DNA of 64,000 nt from an uncultured Gammaproteobacteria bacterium. Its GTDB lineage: Bacteria; Patescibacteriota; Microgenomatia; Woykebacterales; RBG-16-39-9b. The notes beneath the pieces are model-generated. The model made no database searches, was not told the origin of the DNA, and saw only the letters and a program-made list of their open reading frames with translations. Within the stretch, counting starts at the first letter, position 1; every line of letters starts with the position of its first letter. Shown here one piece after another: positions 20,882 through 29,450 of the stretch. A program made the position numbers and the translations under genes. The stretch covers positions 20,344 through 84,343 of the forward strand of contig CAZXPY010000003.1 of the NCBI GenBank assembly GCA_964643435.1. The letters run 5' to 3'.

Positions 20882-21394
20882 TTGGAAAAGAGCCGAAGCG
20901 TGTTTGTTATGAGTAAATTTGAAACCCTAACACCACAGGAAGCTCTCCGTTTAGAAGGAGAGGCAGTTAAAAAGTACTCTCATGGAGAAAGTGAGCATCC
21001 TCACATTGAACCCCAAAAAGATTCTAATGTCTTGGCACGTTTTAAATCTGTGTTTCCTTTAGAAATTTTTCCTGATGAACTTGTAATTGAGGAAAAAAGA
21101 ATAATCTGGATTCACCGTTTTGGACCAGGGATGTGTGAGGTGCTCACCCTTTTGCCAATCGACATCAACCGAGTGGAGGCATCGAGTGGCCCTTTATTTG
21201 GGCATCTCCATATTTCTACCCTACGCCATGATGTTGAGATTTTAATGGAACGACTAACTCGCAAGAACACCTTTAAAGCAAGAGATTTAATTGAAGGCTT
21301 AATGGTAGTTGCCAAACAAAATTTAGAAATAAAAGGTAGTAGCCCCGAAGAAAAAATTGACTTCCTAACGAAGCTGACCCATGTTGAGATTTGA
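20882..21394 (+). CDS. hypothetical protein (170 aa), possibly a bacterial PH-like domain
   Basis: ORF with ordinary composition; no confident motif. Confidence 0.35.
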   Translation: MEKSRSVFVMSKFETLTPQEALRLEGEAVKKYSHGESEHPHIEPQKDSNVLARFKSVFPLEIFPDELVIEEKRIIWIHRFGPGMCEVLTLLPIDINRVEASSGPLFGHLHISTLRHDVEILMERLTRKNTFKARDLIEGLMVVAKQNLEIKGSSPEEKIDFLTKLTHVEI

Positions 21395-21408
21395 TCTAAA
21401 GAACCAAT

Positions 21409-22128
21409 TTACGGTAAGATATTTAAGGGATTAATTGCAGTTTCGTTTGAATAAATTTCAAGGTGTAGATGGGATCCGTTCGCCCAACCACTGTTTCCAA
21501 CCTCACCCAAATCTACCCCGCCGGCTATTTGGTCTCCTTCTTTGACATTAATTTTTGATAGATGAGCATAGCGGGATTTGAAACCTCCTTGATGGATCAC
21601 GATAACTGTTTTTCCAAAACCGGTTTCAAAACCAGCTTTTTCAATTGATCCGCTAGCCACACTTTTTATTTCGGTTCCGTAAGGATTAGGAATATCAATT
21701 CCCCGGTGGTAAAAACTAAACTTTTGCGAAACCGCACCTTTAAGTGGCCAAGAAAAAATAGGAGCTTGGGCTGCTTTAATCTGCGCAAAAGTCGGGGAAG
21801 CTGTATTACTAGATTCTTTTGGTAAATTAGCTAGGACACTAGTTTCAAGGGAAGCACTATTGGTTATTAAAAAAAGAATTACCAAACTTAAGGTTAAAGC
21901 CCTGCTTTTGGCTCTAATTTTTCGAAGAAGAGGAAATTTATTTACAGGCCTTAGGTTAAGAACACCGGTTAGAAGGTCTTTCCAATAGGAAAGATAATCC
22001 TTGGTGTTAAGGACCCGAAAATTTTGGTAAGAATAACTAAAAGGTGGAAATCTTTTAGTAATATTTGTTTCATCTCGCCGTGGCAGAGAGCGTCCCGCCT
22101 TCGGGCGGAATGTTCTCTTTTTTAGCAT
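21409..22128 (-). CDS. M23 family metallopeptidase (LytM-like) with a signal-anchor
   Basis: HRGIDI...HLHLE M23 motifs. The ORF track starts at a TTG at 22173 inside the leader hairpins; the ATG at 22128, preceded by GGGGAA, is preferred. Confidence 0.65.
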   Translation of the reverse strand: MLKKRTFRPKAGRSLPRRDETNITKRFPPFSYSYQNFRVLNTKDYLSYWKDLLTGVLNLRPVNKFPLLRKIRAKSRALTLSLVILFLITNSASLETSVLANLPKESSNTASPTFAQIKAAQAPIFSWPLKGAVSQKFSFYHRGIDIPNPYGTEIKSVASGSIEKAGFETGFGKTVIVIHQGGFKSRYAHLSKINVKEGDQIAGGVDLGEVGNSGWANGSHLHLEIYSNETAINPLNILP

Positions 22129-22198
22129 AATTCCCCGCCAGCAACTGCGTAGCTGTGGGCGGGGAGGGAACAAAAAAGCCTCCCAATTTGGGAGACGA
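22129..22198 (-). promoter_or_regulatory. structured GC-rich 5' leader of the M23 peptidase gene: a terminator-like hairpin plus a hairpin that sequesters the Shine-Dalgarno site
   Basis: Read in the minus sense: CUCCCAAAUUGGGAG followed by GCUUUUUUG, then CCCCGCC(N18)GGCGGGG ending 4 nt before the AUG. Confidence 0.4.
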
Positions 22199-22204
22199 GA
22201 AGCA

Positions 22205-22233
22205 ATGGTAGCAGATTAAATAGCCCTTGTCAA
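22205..22233 (-). promoter_or_regulatory. sigma70-like promoter TTGACA-17-TACCAT reading toward the M23 gene
   Basis: Hexamers and spacing read on the minus strand. Confidence 0.45.
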
Positions 22234-22285
22234 GTTTTTAAGAAGATTTGGCCTGCCGGCCGAATCCGGCTTTGCCGGAGAAGGC

Positions 22286-22304
22286 TGGAGGCGTCGAGCG
22301 GATT
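22286..22304 (-). repeat. 19-nt duplicate of the tRNA-Cys 3' end (AATCCGCTCGACGCCTCCA), lying 18 nt beyond the tRNA
   Basis: 18 of 19 positions match the tRNA-Cys T-arm 3' half plus acceptor 3' strand plus CCA. Confidence 0.55.
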
Positions 22305-22321
22305 CGCCCCGCACTGAAATT

Positions 22322-22395
22322 TGGAGGCGTGGAGCGGATTTGAACCGCTGTGAACGGTTTTGCAGACCGTTGTCTAACCACTCGACCACCACGCC
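22322..22395 (-). tRNA. tRNA-Cys (GCA)
   Basis: Cloverleaf folded by hand: acceptor GGCGUGG/CCACGCC, anticodon stem ACGGU/ACCGU, loop CUGCAAA, T-arm AGCGG-UUCAAAU-CCGCU, encoded CCA. Confidence 0.85.
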
Positions 22396-22599
22396 GCGTC
22401 AAACAAGGCTGGGAAGGTTGACTTCCCGCCACTATTTAGCTTAAAACTATACCATAAGTAGCGGTGAATTTCTAGTTTTAACAACAAATAAAACCCGTAA
22501 AAACCCTAGCTAGGCAGAAGTTGCCTAGCGCAGGATTTGATAGTACCTAAATACTTGAGCAGCTGCGAACGGATTTAGTTGCGAAGAATCCTATAATAC

Positions 22600-22628
22600 T
22601 TGACTTTTCTTTTTATTTTTGGTATAAT
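22600..22628 (+). promoter_or_regulatory. near-consensus sigma70 promoter TTGACT-17-TATAAT
   Basis: Hexamers and 17-nt spacer read directly. Confidence 0.55.
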
Positions 22629-22634
22629 GGCTGG

Positions 22635-22957
22635 CATTATCAAATAGATAAGTTACGGGCAGTTAAAAGGCGCCATGTACCAGTCACTTCGTTCCGGTAC
22701 ATGGCAGCCGTGAACCTCCGTGGTTTAAGGCGCTTTGTAACTGGTCTTAAATGTATTTAACTGTCATTACTGAAAAGTCCTGAAGCGTACATCTTAAAGC
22801 CAGTTACCAGGTGCCTTTTCTGTATTACGAGCAATAGGTAGCCATTTTCCTAAGCAAATCTTTCTTCGATAAACTCAAGACAAGCGGGAGGTTTTCTTGG
22901 GAGAAAGAAACGACCCGTCGACGGTTTGATAGACTCACCGTTCAGGGTCGTTTTTCC
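22635..22957 (+). ncRNA. candidate structured non-coding RNA of about 320 nt; identity unresolved
   Basis: No ORF. Bounded by a promoter and a terminator. Contains a 9-bp hairpin CCAUGUACC/GGUACAUGG nested in a GGCGCC/GGCGCU helix, and a GAAAAGUCC motif that loosely resembles RNase P CR-I. Confidence 0.35.
22909..22957. terminator. intrinsic terminator AACGACCC...GGGUCGUUUUUCC, usable from both strands
   Basis: 8-bp GC-rich stem with a U tract on the plus strand; the reverse side also ends U-rich (UCUUUCUCCC) after the convergent minus-strand gene. Confidence 0.5.
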
Positions 22958-23002
22958 AAGAATAATGAAATAGCTTAAATATATTGATTTCTTGAGTTAG
23001 GG

Positions 23003-23707
23003 TTAGCCCATGTTGCCGTATCCGTCGCCATCTCTTTGCCATGATGTTGGGGATGGTTTTCCTAAAGGTTGGTGACCGATGAAAGGTCCGGTTAATGACT
23101 CTCTCATCAGAAGATTTCTGAGTTCTTGCTTGCTAATTCCTTTTGTATAATTTCTTCCACAAGAACTTTCATAATTAACTTTAGCCGCAAAATAAGGATT
23201 ATCCTCTTTGTCAAGGAGCAATGAAAGATCAAAGATTTCTGGATTGCAGTAATCATATTTTCTTCCCGGACTACTTCCCAGAGGAACCCAGATATATTTG
23301 TGTTCGCCGACCTGTCCTGCATTCATTTTTTGCATTCTGTCCCTTTGCCACCACCAAGCAGCTGTCCATCGTACAAAATAACTATATTTTGCTCTACCCA
23401 CCTCCCATCTTGCTAACATTCCATCCAGTGGTAACGGAAGACCATCAAATGTTTCAAAACTTAAACCATAATTTCCTCTACCCCAACTTTCTTCTCCTAA
23501 ATCACTAAGAAGTCTTTCGGCCATGGGTTTAGAAGGAAGTACATAAGTGTTTATTTCTCCTTGTCTCCTTTCCAAAGATTCTCTTTTTTCTTCTTCTATC
23601 CTTACCTCTCTTTCTCTTGCTTCCTGTTTAGCCAGCAACGTACTTTGTTGTGCTTCCTGCTCTGCCCTCGTTCTTGCAATTCTCAACTCATCTCTGAATG
23701 ACGGCAT
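23003..23707 (-). CDS. hypothetical protein (234 aa): charged coiled-coil N-terminus, Trp/Tyr-rich C-terminal domain
   Basis: ORF with elevated GC; translationally coupled to the upstream small ORF; no recognisable family. Confidence 0.45.
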   Translation of the reverse strand: MPSFRDELRIARTRAEQEAQQSTLLAKQEAREREVRIEEEKRESLERRQGEINTYVLPSKPMAERLLSDLGEESWGRGNYGLSFETFDGLPLPLDGMLARWEVGRAKYSYFVRWTAAWWWQRDRMQKMNAGQVGEHKYIWVPLGSSPGRKYDYCNPEIFDLSLLLDKEDNPYFAAKVNYESSCGRNYTKGISKQELRNLLMRESLTGPFIGHQPLGKPSPTSWQRDGDGYGNMG

Positions 23708-23841
23708 TTCTCCTTACCACACCTTCTTTCGATCGGCCTATCTTTTTGTAAAACCCCCTGAATCTGGTGCCACAGATACCCTACGAGTAAGGTGCCAACA
23801 AAGGTGTATATGGGTGTGCTGATAGTGAGGTACCAGTCCAT
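23683..23841 (-). CDS. small membrane protein (52 aa, one transmembrane helix, basic Cys-rich tail); absent from the ORF track
   Basis: ATG preceded by AAAGGAGG at 7 nt; sequence MDWYLTISTPIYTFVGTLLVGYLWHQIQGVLQKDRPIERRCGKEKCRHSEMS; its 3' end overlaps the next gene's start by 25 nt. Confidence 0.4.
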   Translation of the reverse strand: MDWYLTISTPIYTFVGTLLVGYLWHQIQGVLQKDRPIERRCGKEKCRHSEMS

Positions 23842-23866
23842 ATAGACCTCCTTTCTTTCCAAAAAT

Positions 23867-23895
23867 ATCCTAACACTGATGAAATTTTAAGTCAA
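23867..23895 (-). promoter_or_regulatory. sigma70 promoter TTGACT-17-TAGGAT for the two-gene module
   Basis: Hexamers and spacing read on the minus strand, about 20 nt upstream of the Shine-Dalgarno site. Confidence 0.45.
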
Positions 23896-23899
23896 ACAA

Positions 23900-25000
23900 T
23901 TAGATCTTTTTGGCGTATTGGGAGGAAATCCAGCCTTTACTGTCTTGGAATTTGATTTCAAACCAACCTTCTTTTTCTTCTAAAAATTCAAAGGTTTCGC
24001 CTGGTTTTACAATCCCTAAAATTGTTGCTTCGAAACTTGGTGTCTCTCTTACGTTTAAGGTTCCGGTTGGGGTTTCCCCAATCTCAATTTTATTCTTTGT
24101 TTGAGTGTTAATTAAAGATTGCCAGACCGCTAAGGCCTCGTCGCTAACTGGTTTTCCTTTTTCGCCAAGATAACCAATTCTTAATCCATCTTGGCTTATT
24201 TTTTTCTCATCAGGGTTTGTTTTAGTAGCACTACTAGTCGCGCCTTTCCAATCTAAAAGTAAATAAAGATTCTCTTTCTGGTTCTTTTGTTGTAAAAACC
24301 AGATACTTTCTGCCCAAGAAGTGGTATCAGAAATTAGTTTAGGCTCACTTGTACTTAGATCTAAGAGTTTAAATTTACCACTAGCTTCAATTTCTGCAAC
24401 GGAACTGAAAGGATCCAACATCAAACTCACATCAACATTTAATTTAAAGTTAGTCGGGACATTAACAACAATTTCTTTGGGGATAAACCCATCTTTACTA
24501 ATTTTTAATTTATGTTCGCCAACACTAATTTGAGAGTTATAAGGGGTTAATGATACAAGGTTGCCGTCTAAAGAAACCTCTGCTTGGGATGGATCACTAG
24601 AAACAATTATTCCACTACCTTTTTCTAAATAAAGAATAGTAGAGTTGCTAAAAGGTTCGGCCGGAGCAAATTGGTAATTCACTACTGTCTGGGTACCAGC
24701 CGTTAACTTTATTTTCCGGCTCCAACTTGATTTATAAACCTTTTTATTTTCTTTAGCCCCTTCAGAGGCAATTTTTATTTCTGAAGTTAATTTTAAGTCT
24801 ATTTCCCCTTCTCTTAAACCTTCATTAAGGTAAGGAGTGGTACCGACTATTTTTTCGTTGATAGTAACTATTGCCGCTGTTTCGCTACTATTAACCAATA
24901 AAGCCGCGGCTGGTTTAGAAAAAACCCACAGGAAATAAAAGAAACCCCCTCCTAAAATTAGCAAAATAAAAATGGCGGAAAAAAGAAAAATTCTTCTCAC
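23900..25000 (-). CDS. membrane-anchored PEGA-domain protein with a C-terminal SH3b domain
   Basis: N-terminal transmembrane helix; PEGA-like repeats; C-terminal GTLNVRETPS...GWISSQYAK SH3_3-like. Confidence 0.55.
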   Translation of the reverse strand: MRRIFLFSAIFILLILGGGFFYFLWVFSKPAAALLVNSSETAAIVTINEKIVGTTPYLNEGLREGEIDLKLTSEIKIASEGAKENKKVYKSSWSRKIKLTAGTQTVVNYQFAPAEPFSNSTILYLEKGSGIIVSSDPSQAEVSLDGNLVSLTPYNSQISVGEHKLKISKDGFIPKEIVVNVPTNFKLNVDVSLMLDPFSSVAEIEASGKFKLLDLSTSEPKLISDTTSWAESIWFLQQKNQKENLYLLLDWKGATSSATKTNPDEKKISQDGLRIGYLGEKGKPVSDEALAVWQSLINTQTKNKIEIGETPTGTLNVRETPSFEATILGIVKPGETFEFLEEKEGWFEIKFQDSKGWISSQYAKKI

Positions 25001-25095
25001 AAGTTTTGAAGTTTGGGCTTAAGTATAACATAAAGAAATTTACTTTAACAACCTTGTGTTGGATATTTCCTAATGTTAGGATAAACTAAAAGTAG

Positions 25096-25623
25096 ATGTT
25101 TAAGCTTTCTTGGCCAAAAATTATTGATGAAGCGGTTTTGCCTGTTTGTTTAGTGTTTGCTTCTAAAATAGCGGGAGTTTTACTGGCAGCTTATTTTTTC
25201 AACTTAAAGTACGATTCAAATCAGAGGGTTATTTTTCTAAAGTTTTCTGAGGCAGTAGCCACAAAAACAGCCAATTCATTTGCCCTTATTTTAATGCTAA
25301 TTGTAATTCTAGTCGGGTTTGGATTTGTACTTTTAAAAGCCTATTACTTTCACGAATCCCATATTCATCCTAAAAGCAGCGCAAAATTAGCTAAATTAAA
25401 GTTGGAAAACTTAATTGAAGGGAATTTTGAAATTTATCACCAAGCAATTAGTTGGCTTGGCTTGTTTTGGTTTGTATTTTTCTTAGGCCTTGTTCAATTT
25501 ATAAATGACGAGATTTATTGGTGGCTCCCGGCGGTTACTTTATTTTTAGCGCTTACTCTAACCAGCATCCTTTATTTAGATATCAAAAAAGAAAAACTAT
25601 TTACCCAAGACGTAAACTACTAA
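25096..25623 (+). CDS. hypothetical multi-pass membrane protein
   Basis: Hydrophobic segments only. Confidence 0.35.
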   Translation: MFKLSWPKIIDEAVLPVCLVFASKIAGVLLAAYFFNLKYDSNQRVIFLKFSEAVATKTANSFALILMLIVILVGFGFVLLKAYYFHESHIHPKSSAKLAKLKLENLIEGNFEIYHQAISWLGLFWFVFFLGLVQFINDEIYWWLPAVTLFLALTLTSILYLDIKKEKLFTQDVNY

Positions 25624-26532
25624 AAAAACAGATATTATCCAAAGTATTACCGTAATAAATAGAGGAAAATCGTTAAGTAAGACTTTTTCTGGTGACTCGC
25701 CTTCCCTTTTTTCATAAATAAGATATAAATAACGAAATATTCCGTAGATAACTAGTGGTATAGTGATCATCAACCATTTTGGCGAAGCTAAAGTTGGCGG
25801 CAGGAACTTCAAGATTAATTTACGGGAAACAAACTCCGTCTCATTAAAAGTGAAAAGGCTGTAAGTTATTAAAGTAGCCACAGCACTCATAAAGGTGAAA
25901 CCATCTAAAAGGAAGCTTGGGTAAAAATTTAGTACTTTTCGGTGTTTTACTGCTTGCGTATGTCCTAATAAAGTGACCTCTAATCTTCTTTTTCCAATTG
26001 CTAAAAATAACGAAAGCATCATTGTCGTTAAAATTAACCAAGAAGATAGAGAAATTAAAACAACTATTGAACCCACAAAAATCCTAATCATAAAAGCGGA
26101 GGCAATTGTTATAAAGTCAAGAATAATAATGTTCTTCAAAAATAAGCTGTAAGAAAGTTCAACGACTAGAAAAATAAGTAAAACCGAGAATAAACTTAGT
26201 GAAATTTGATAACCCCACGTGAGCCCAATAATCGCTAGTATAATTGAAGATAAAAGCGCCTGTTTCTTGGACAGCTTCCCAGAAGGAATAGGCCGGTTTT
26301 TTTTAAAAGGGTGAAATTTATCTTGTTTCTCATCTAGAATGTCGTTAATAAGATAAACACTAGAGGTTAAAAAACAGAGTATCCAAAAAGAATAGAAAAC
26401 AGGATAAAATTTATTAGCATTGAAAAAATCACCACTAAAGATAATCGCCGCAAAGGCGCTTAAGTTTTTGATCCACTGCCTAGGTCGGGCAGATTTCAGC
26501 ACCATTAAAAAGAATTCAATTTGTTTTTGCAT
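25597..26532 (-). CDS. UbiA-family prenyltransferase (decaprenyl-phosphate phosphoribosyltransferase-like)
   Basis: YLINDILDEKQD Asp-rich motif and multi-transmembrane UbiA fold. Confidence 0.65.
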   Translation of the reverse strand: MQKQIEFFLMVLKSARPRQWIKNLSAFAAIIFSGDFFNANKFYPVFYSFWILCFLTSSVYLINDILDEKQDKFHPFKKNRPIPSGKLSKKQALLSSIILAIIGLTWGYQISLSLFSVLLIFLVVELSYSLFLKNIIILDFITIASAFMIRIFVGSIVVLISLSSWLILTTMMLSLFLAIGKRRLEVTLLGHTQAVKHRKVLNFYPSFLLDGFTFMSAVATLITYSLFTFNETEFVSRKLILKFLPPTLASPKWLMITIPLVIYGIFRYLYLIYEKREGESPEKVLLNDFPLFITVILWIISVFLVVYVLGK

Positions 26533-27616
26533 TAATTTTTACCTTTCTCAGTATGAAAGCAGTCGTTATAAGGACAGCGAGTGTAATTACGCCAATTGTC
26601 GCAATTGCAAAAAACTTTTCCCGACTGTCTAGTTGAAGAGCAATTAAACCAAAAAGGACGCAGATTGTCCAGTAAAAAAACGCAATTCTTCTTTTACTCC
26701 AGCCAAGATCAATTAAACGGTGATGGAAATGGAATTTATCTCCCAAAAATGGAGATTTAAAAGCAAACAATCTTCTCACCATTGCCCAAATTGAATCTAT
26801 TAAAGGGATAGCTAAAACCAAAATTGCCGTTGCTAATTTACCACCAGCTAAAATAGAGATAACCGCAAGAAGAAAGCCAGCTAAAGTCGCACCTCCGTAG
26901 CCGGGCATTATTTTTTGGGGGTAAAAACTCCATGGTAAAAAACCAAAATAAGCGCCGGCAGTTACGAAAGATAAAATTGCAACGGGAGTTTGAGTAGAAT
27001 CAACCCGGAGATATTTTAAAGCAACGATCCCCAAAAACGCTGCTCCTATGGCCGCAACGCCAGAAAGTTGGCCGTCAACCCCACTAGACCAATTAAGAGA
27101 GTTCATAATCCAAACGATCCAAATAAGAGCCAGTACGTCTGCAAGTACAATAATCGAGTGGACTCCACTAAAAAACGATAAAAGTCCTTGGTCAGAAATT
27201 GTAAAATTTATAATAAATTGGTCGAATCGTATCTGCCCATCAAAAGGATTTGTGATCCAGGTAATTCCCACGCCGGCTCCAACAACAATCGCAGCGCAAA
27301 TTAGATTACCACCAAAACGAACGTACGGATTTAAATCAAATTTATCATCCAATAAACCAATAAAAACAACCAGGGAAGAGGCAAACAAAATCGCCATAAT
27401 GTGCTTATCTATTGGGGCAAAAAGGAAGTAAGAAACAAGAAGTGATATTAGAATTGGTAACCCGCCTGATCTTGGAGTAGGTTTTGAATGTAGGATAGCG
27501 GGATGAGATCTGGTTGGGTAATCAAGAATTTTCCATCGCTTCGCAAGATAGATTACGGCTGGTGTAGAAAAAAACGAAATCACAAACGCAAACGCAGCTG
27601 CTAAATAAAGATTCAT
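26516..27616 (-). CDS. glycosyltransferase family 4 (MraY/WecA-type polyprenyl-phosphate sugar-1-phosphate transferase)
   Basis: Multi-transmembrane protein with MraY/WecA-like loops. Confidence 0.65.
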   Translation of the reverse strand: MNLYLAAAFAFVISFFSTPAVIYLAKRWKILDYPTRSHPAILHSKPTPRSGGLPILISLLVSYFLFAPIDKHIMAILFASSLVVFIGLLDDKFDLNPYVRFGGNLICAAIVVGAGVGITWITNPFDGQIRFDQFIINFTISDQGLLSFFSGVHSIIVLADVLALIWIVWIMNSLNWSSGVDGQLSGVAAIGAAFLGIVALKYLRVDSTQTPVAILSFVTAGAYFGFLPWSFYPQKIMPGYGGATLAGFLLAVISILAGGKLATAILVLAIPLIDSIWAMVRRLFAFKSPFLGDKFHFHHRLIDLGWSKRRIAFFYWTICVLFGLIALQLDSREKFFAIATIGVITLAVLITTAFILRKVKINAKTN

Positions 27617-27984
27617 GGGGAAAAAATTAATAAAATTCTCATTAAACTAAGAAAATTACTAAAAGTGAAAAACAAAGTTGACCAAGTTAAAATATCGGCT
27701 AGGATACTACCCCTTTCCTTGGTGGCGGTACTAGAAAATTTTTTAGCTAAAAATAAATTTAAGATAATTATCAAAAAAGATGAAGCTGGTAATAACCACA
27801 ATAAAAAATTAGGTGTCAATCTTTCTGGCCCCCATTCTTTTGAATACCAAAGAGGAATCTTAGCCGGTAAGGTTCTTTTCAAAAACAAAAATAAAATCGA
27901 GATAGCTATAAAGGTAGTGTTTAAAGCTAGTATGAATTTATACCCCCTTATTATTTGCAAGTTGGTAAATCCAAACATTTTCAA
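27613..27984 (-). CDS. hypothetical small membrane protein
   Basis: Hydrophobic ORF in an operon with glycosyltransferases. Confidence 0.3.
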   Translation of the reverse strand: MKMFGFTNLQIIRGYKFILALNTTFIAISILFLFLKRTLPAKIPLWYSKEWGPERLTPNFLLWLLPASSFLIIILNLFLAKKFSSTATKERGSILADILTWSTLFFTFSNFLSLMRILLIFSP

Positions 27985-29383
27985 TTACTCCCGAGAAAGT
28001 ATAGTTTTTTTCTAAAAGATTGTCGAGTTCTCCAAAGTTATTTTCCGATGGTACCTCGGCAAAAATAAATTTAGGCCTTTTTTCAACAAGGGCAGTTACG
28101 ACCTCTTCTTTAGCCCCTTGGTAATTATAAATATGGTAAGCTACCGTAAATCTTGTAGGTGGTATACGAGCGGAGAGGAAATAAACCTGCGGGTCATTTG
28201 ACCAAAGAAAGATATAATCTTCTTTTTTAGTATTCCGTTCGATAAAAGAAGCTAGTGAGTAATTACGGTTTACTTTATTATCAAAACTCGCGTTATAAGC
28301 AGTTTGATTTTTAGTTGTTAAATAACTAAAGAAATTTTTATAGTAACTGAGTTTAATTTCTTCGATCCGAAAACCCACCATAAAAATTCCTCCAATCAAT
28401 AAAGCTAAAACCGCCAAAGCAGCTAGGCGAAGTTTCTTCTCAAATATAAGAGCAGCCACAATGGAGAGTGGTGGTAAGATCTGAATCAAATAATGAGCGT
28501 AGTTTCGGCCCCCGAAAGAAGATCCGTAAAGAGCAAAAGCCAACCAAACCACTAATAAATCAAAATTTGTTAATTTTTTACCCCTCATTTTTTTAAATAA
28601 AAGATATAAAGAAGTAATGATCGGGAGAACCCCCTTTATTATTAAAAGGCCGTTTGGAATAAGGAAGTAATTGCCGTAATTAGTATAACCAATGTTACTT
28701 GAGAAAATAGCAAAGTAGAAATCAGCAAAATTACCCCTCAAGAAGAAATAAAAAGCGGTTAAAAAAAGCGGTGTGAGGAATCCCAGGAATAAAAAGAACA
28801 AATTTTTAACATTAGAAAGTAGGTATTTAGCTCCTAGAAATAAGAAGATACTAAAGGCTAAAAAATCAAATAAAGAGGGAATTTTAAAAAGAAGAGCAAA
28901 AGCAAAAAATAAGCCTCCTAGGAAATAACGGTTATTCAAAGCTAGTAGTGCTCCCAAGATAGTTGGAAGGATCATAAAAATCTCACCGTTAGCAATATTG
29001 CCTTCTAAGAACGGAATAGTGGTAAGGAAGGCAAAAACCAAAACCGCCACCGCCGCAATTTTTTGGTTGAATAGTTTTTTGGTTAATAGAAAAAGAGCAA
29101 TTTCGGTTGCTAAAACCCAAAAAGATAGAATAATTCTAAGAGACCAAATGCTATGCCCTAGAACCTTAATCGCTACTAGAGAAAGTAAGTAAATCCCTGG
29201 CGTTTTGTTGTCAAAAATTCCTTTATATAAATCTAACCCTCTACTTAAACCTTCAGCAACGGTCATATAAACCCCTTCGTCGCCGTACCAAAAAGGTTCA
29301 AAAAGAGAAGGGATCCTAGCTACAAAGGTTAAAAAAAGAACAATAATCAAAAAAATAATATTTTGGTTGTTTCGCAAAATCAC
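27938..29383 (-). CDS. ArnT/PMT-like (GT39/GT83) membrane glycosyltransferase
   Basis: N-terminal FEPFWYGDEGVY motif typical of the dolichyl/undecaprenyl-phosphate-sugar transferase family; many transmembrane helices. Confidence 0.6.
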   Translation of the reverse strand: MILRNNQNIIFLIIVLFLTFVARIPSLFEPFWYGDEGVYMTVAEGLSRGLDLYKGIFDNKTPGIYLLSLVAIKVLGHSIWSLRIILSFWVLATEIALFLLTKKLFNQKIAAVAVLVFAFLTTIPFLEGNIANGEIFMILPTILGALLALNNRYFLGGLFFAFALLFKIPSLFDFLAFSIFLFLGAKYLLSNVKNLFFLFLGFLTPLFLTAFYFFLRGNFADFYFAIFSSNIGYTNYGNYFLIPNGLLIIKGVLPIITSLYLLFKKMRGKKLTNFDLLVVWLAFALYGSSFGGRNYAHYLIQILPPLSIVAALIFEKKLRLAALAVLALLIGGIFMVGFRIEEIKLSYYKNFFSYLTTKNQTAYNASFDNKVNRNYSLASFIERNTKKEDYIFLWSNDPQVYFLSARIPPTRFTVAYHIYNYQGAKEEVVTALVEKRPKFIFAEVPSENNFGELDNLLEKNYTFSGVIENVWIYQLANNKGV

Positions 29384-29450
29384 TAGTTTAATTTTTTATT
29401 ATTTTTTCGGTAACTTTTAGTCCATGCAATGGTCGTAAAGTTACAGCACC

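Noticed and set aside
22097-22130. Plus-strand reading of CCGCC-UUCG-GGCGG plus a T-tract as a terminator for the upstream plus-strand gene at 20882..21394
   Set aside because: It lies 700 nt beyond that gene, across an antisense coding region. It is better explained as part of the structured leader and early coding region of the minus-strand M23 gene.
22238-22432. 64-aa minus-strand ORF overlapping tRNA-Cys
   Set aside because: It overlaps a confidently folded tRNA and a GC-rich repeat. The translation is Arg/Pro-rich and of low complexity.
23221-23822. Plus-strand ORFs of 95 and 91 aa opposite the 234-aa gene and its upstream peptide
   Set aside because: They run antisense to a minus-strand module that has a promoter, a ribosome-binding site and translational coupling. 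They have no start signals of their own.
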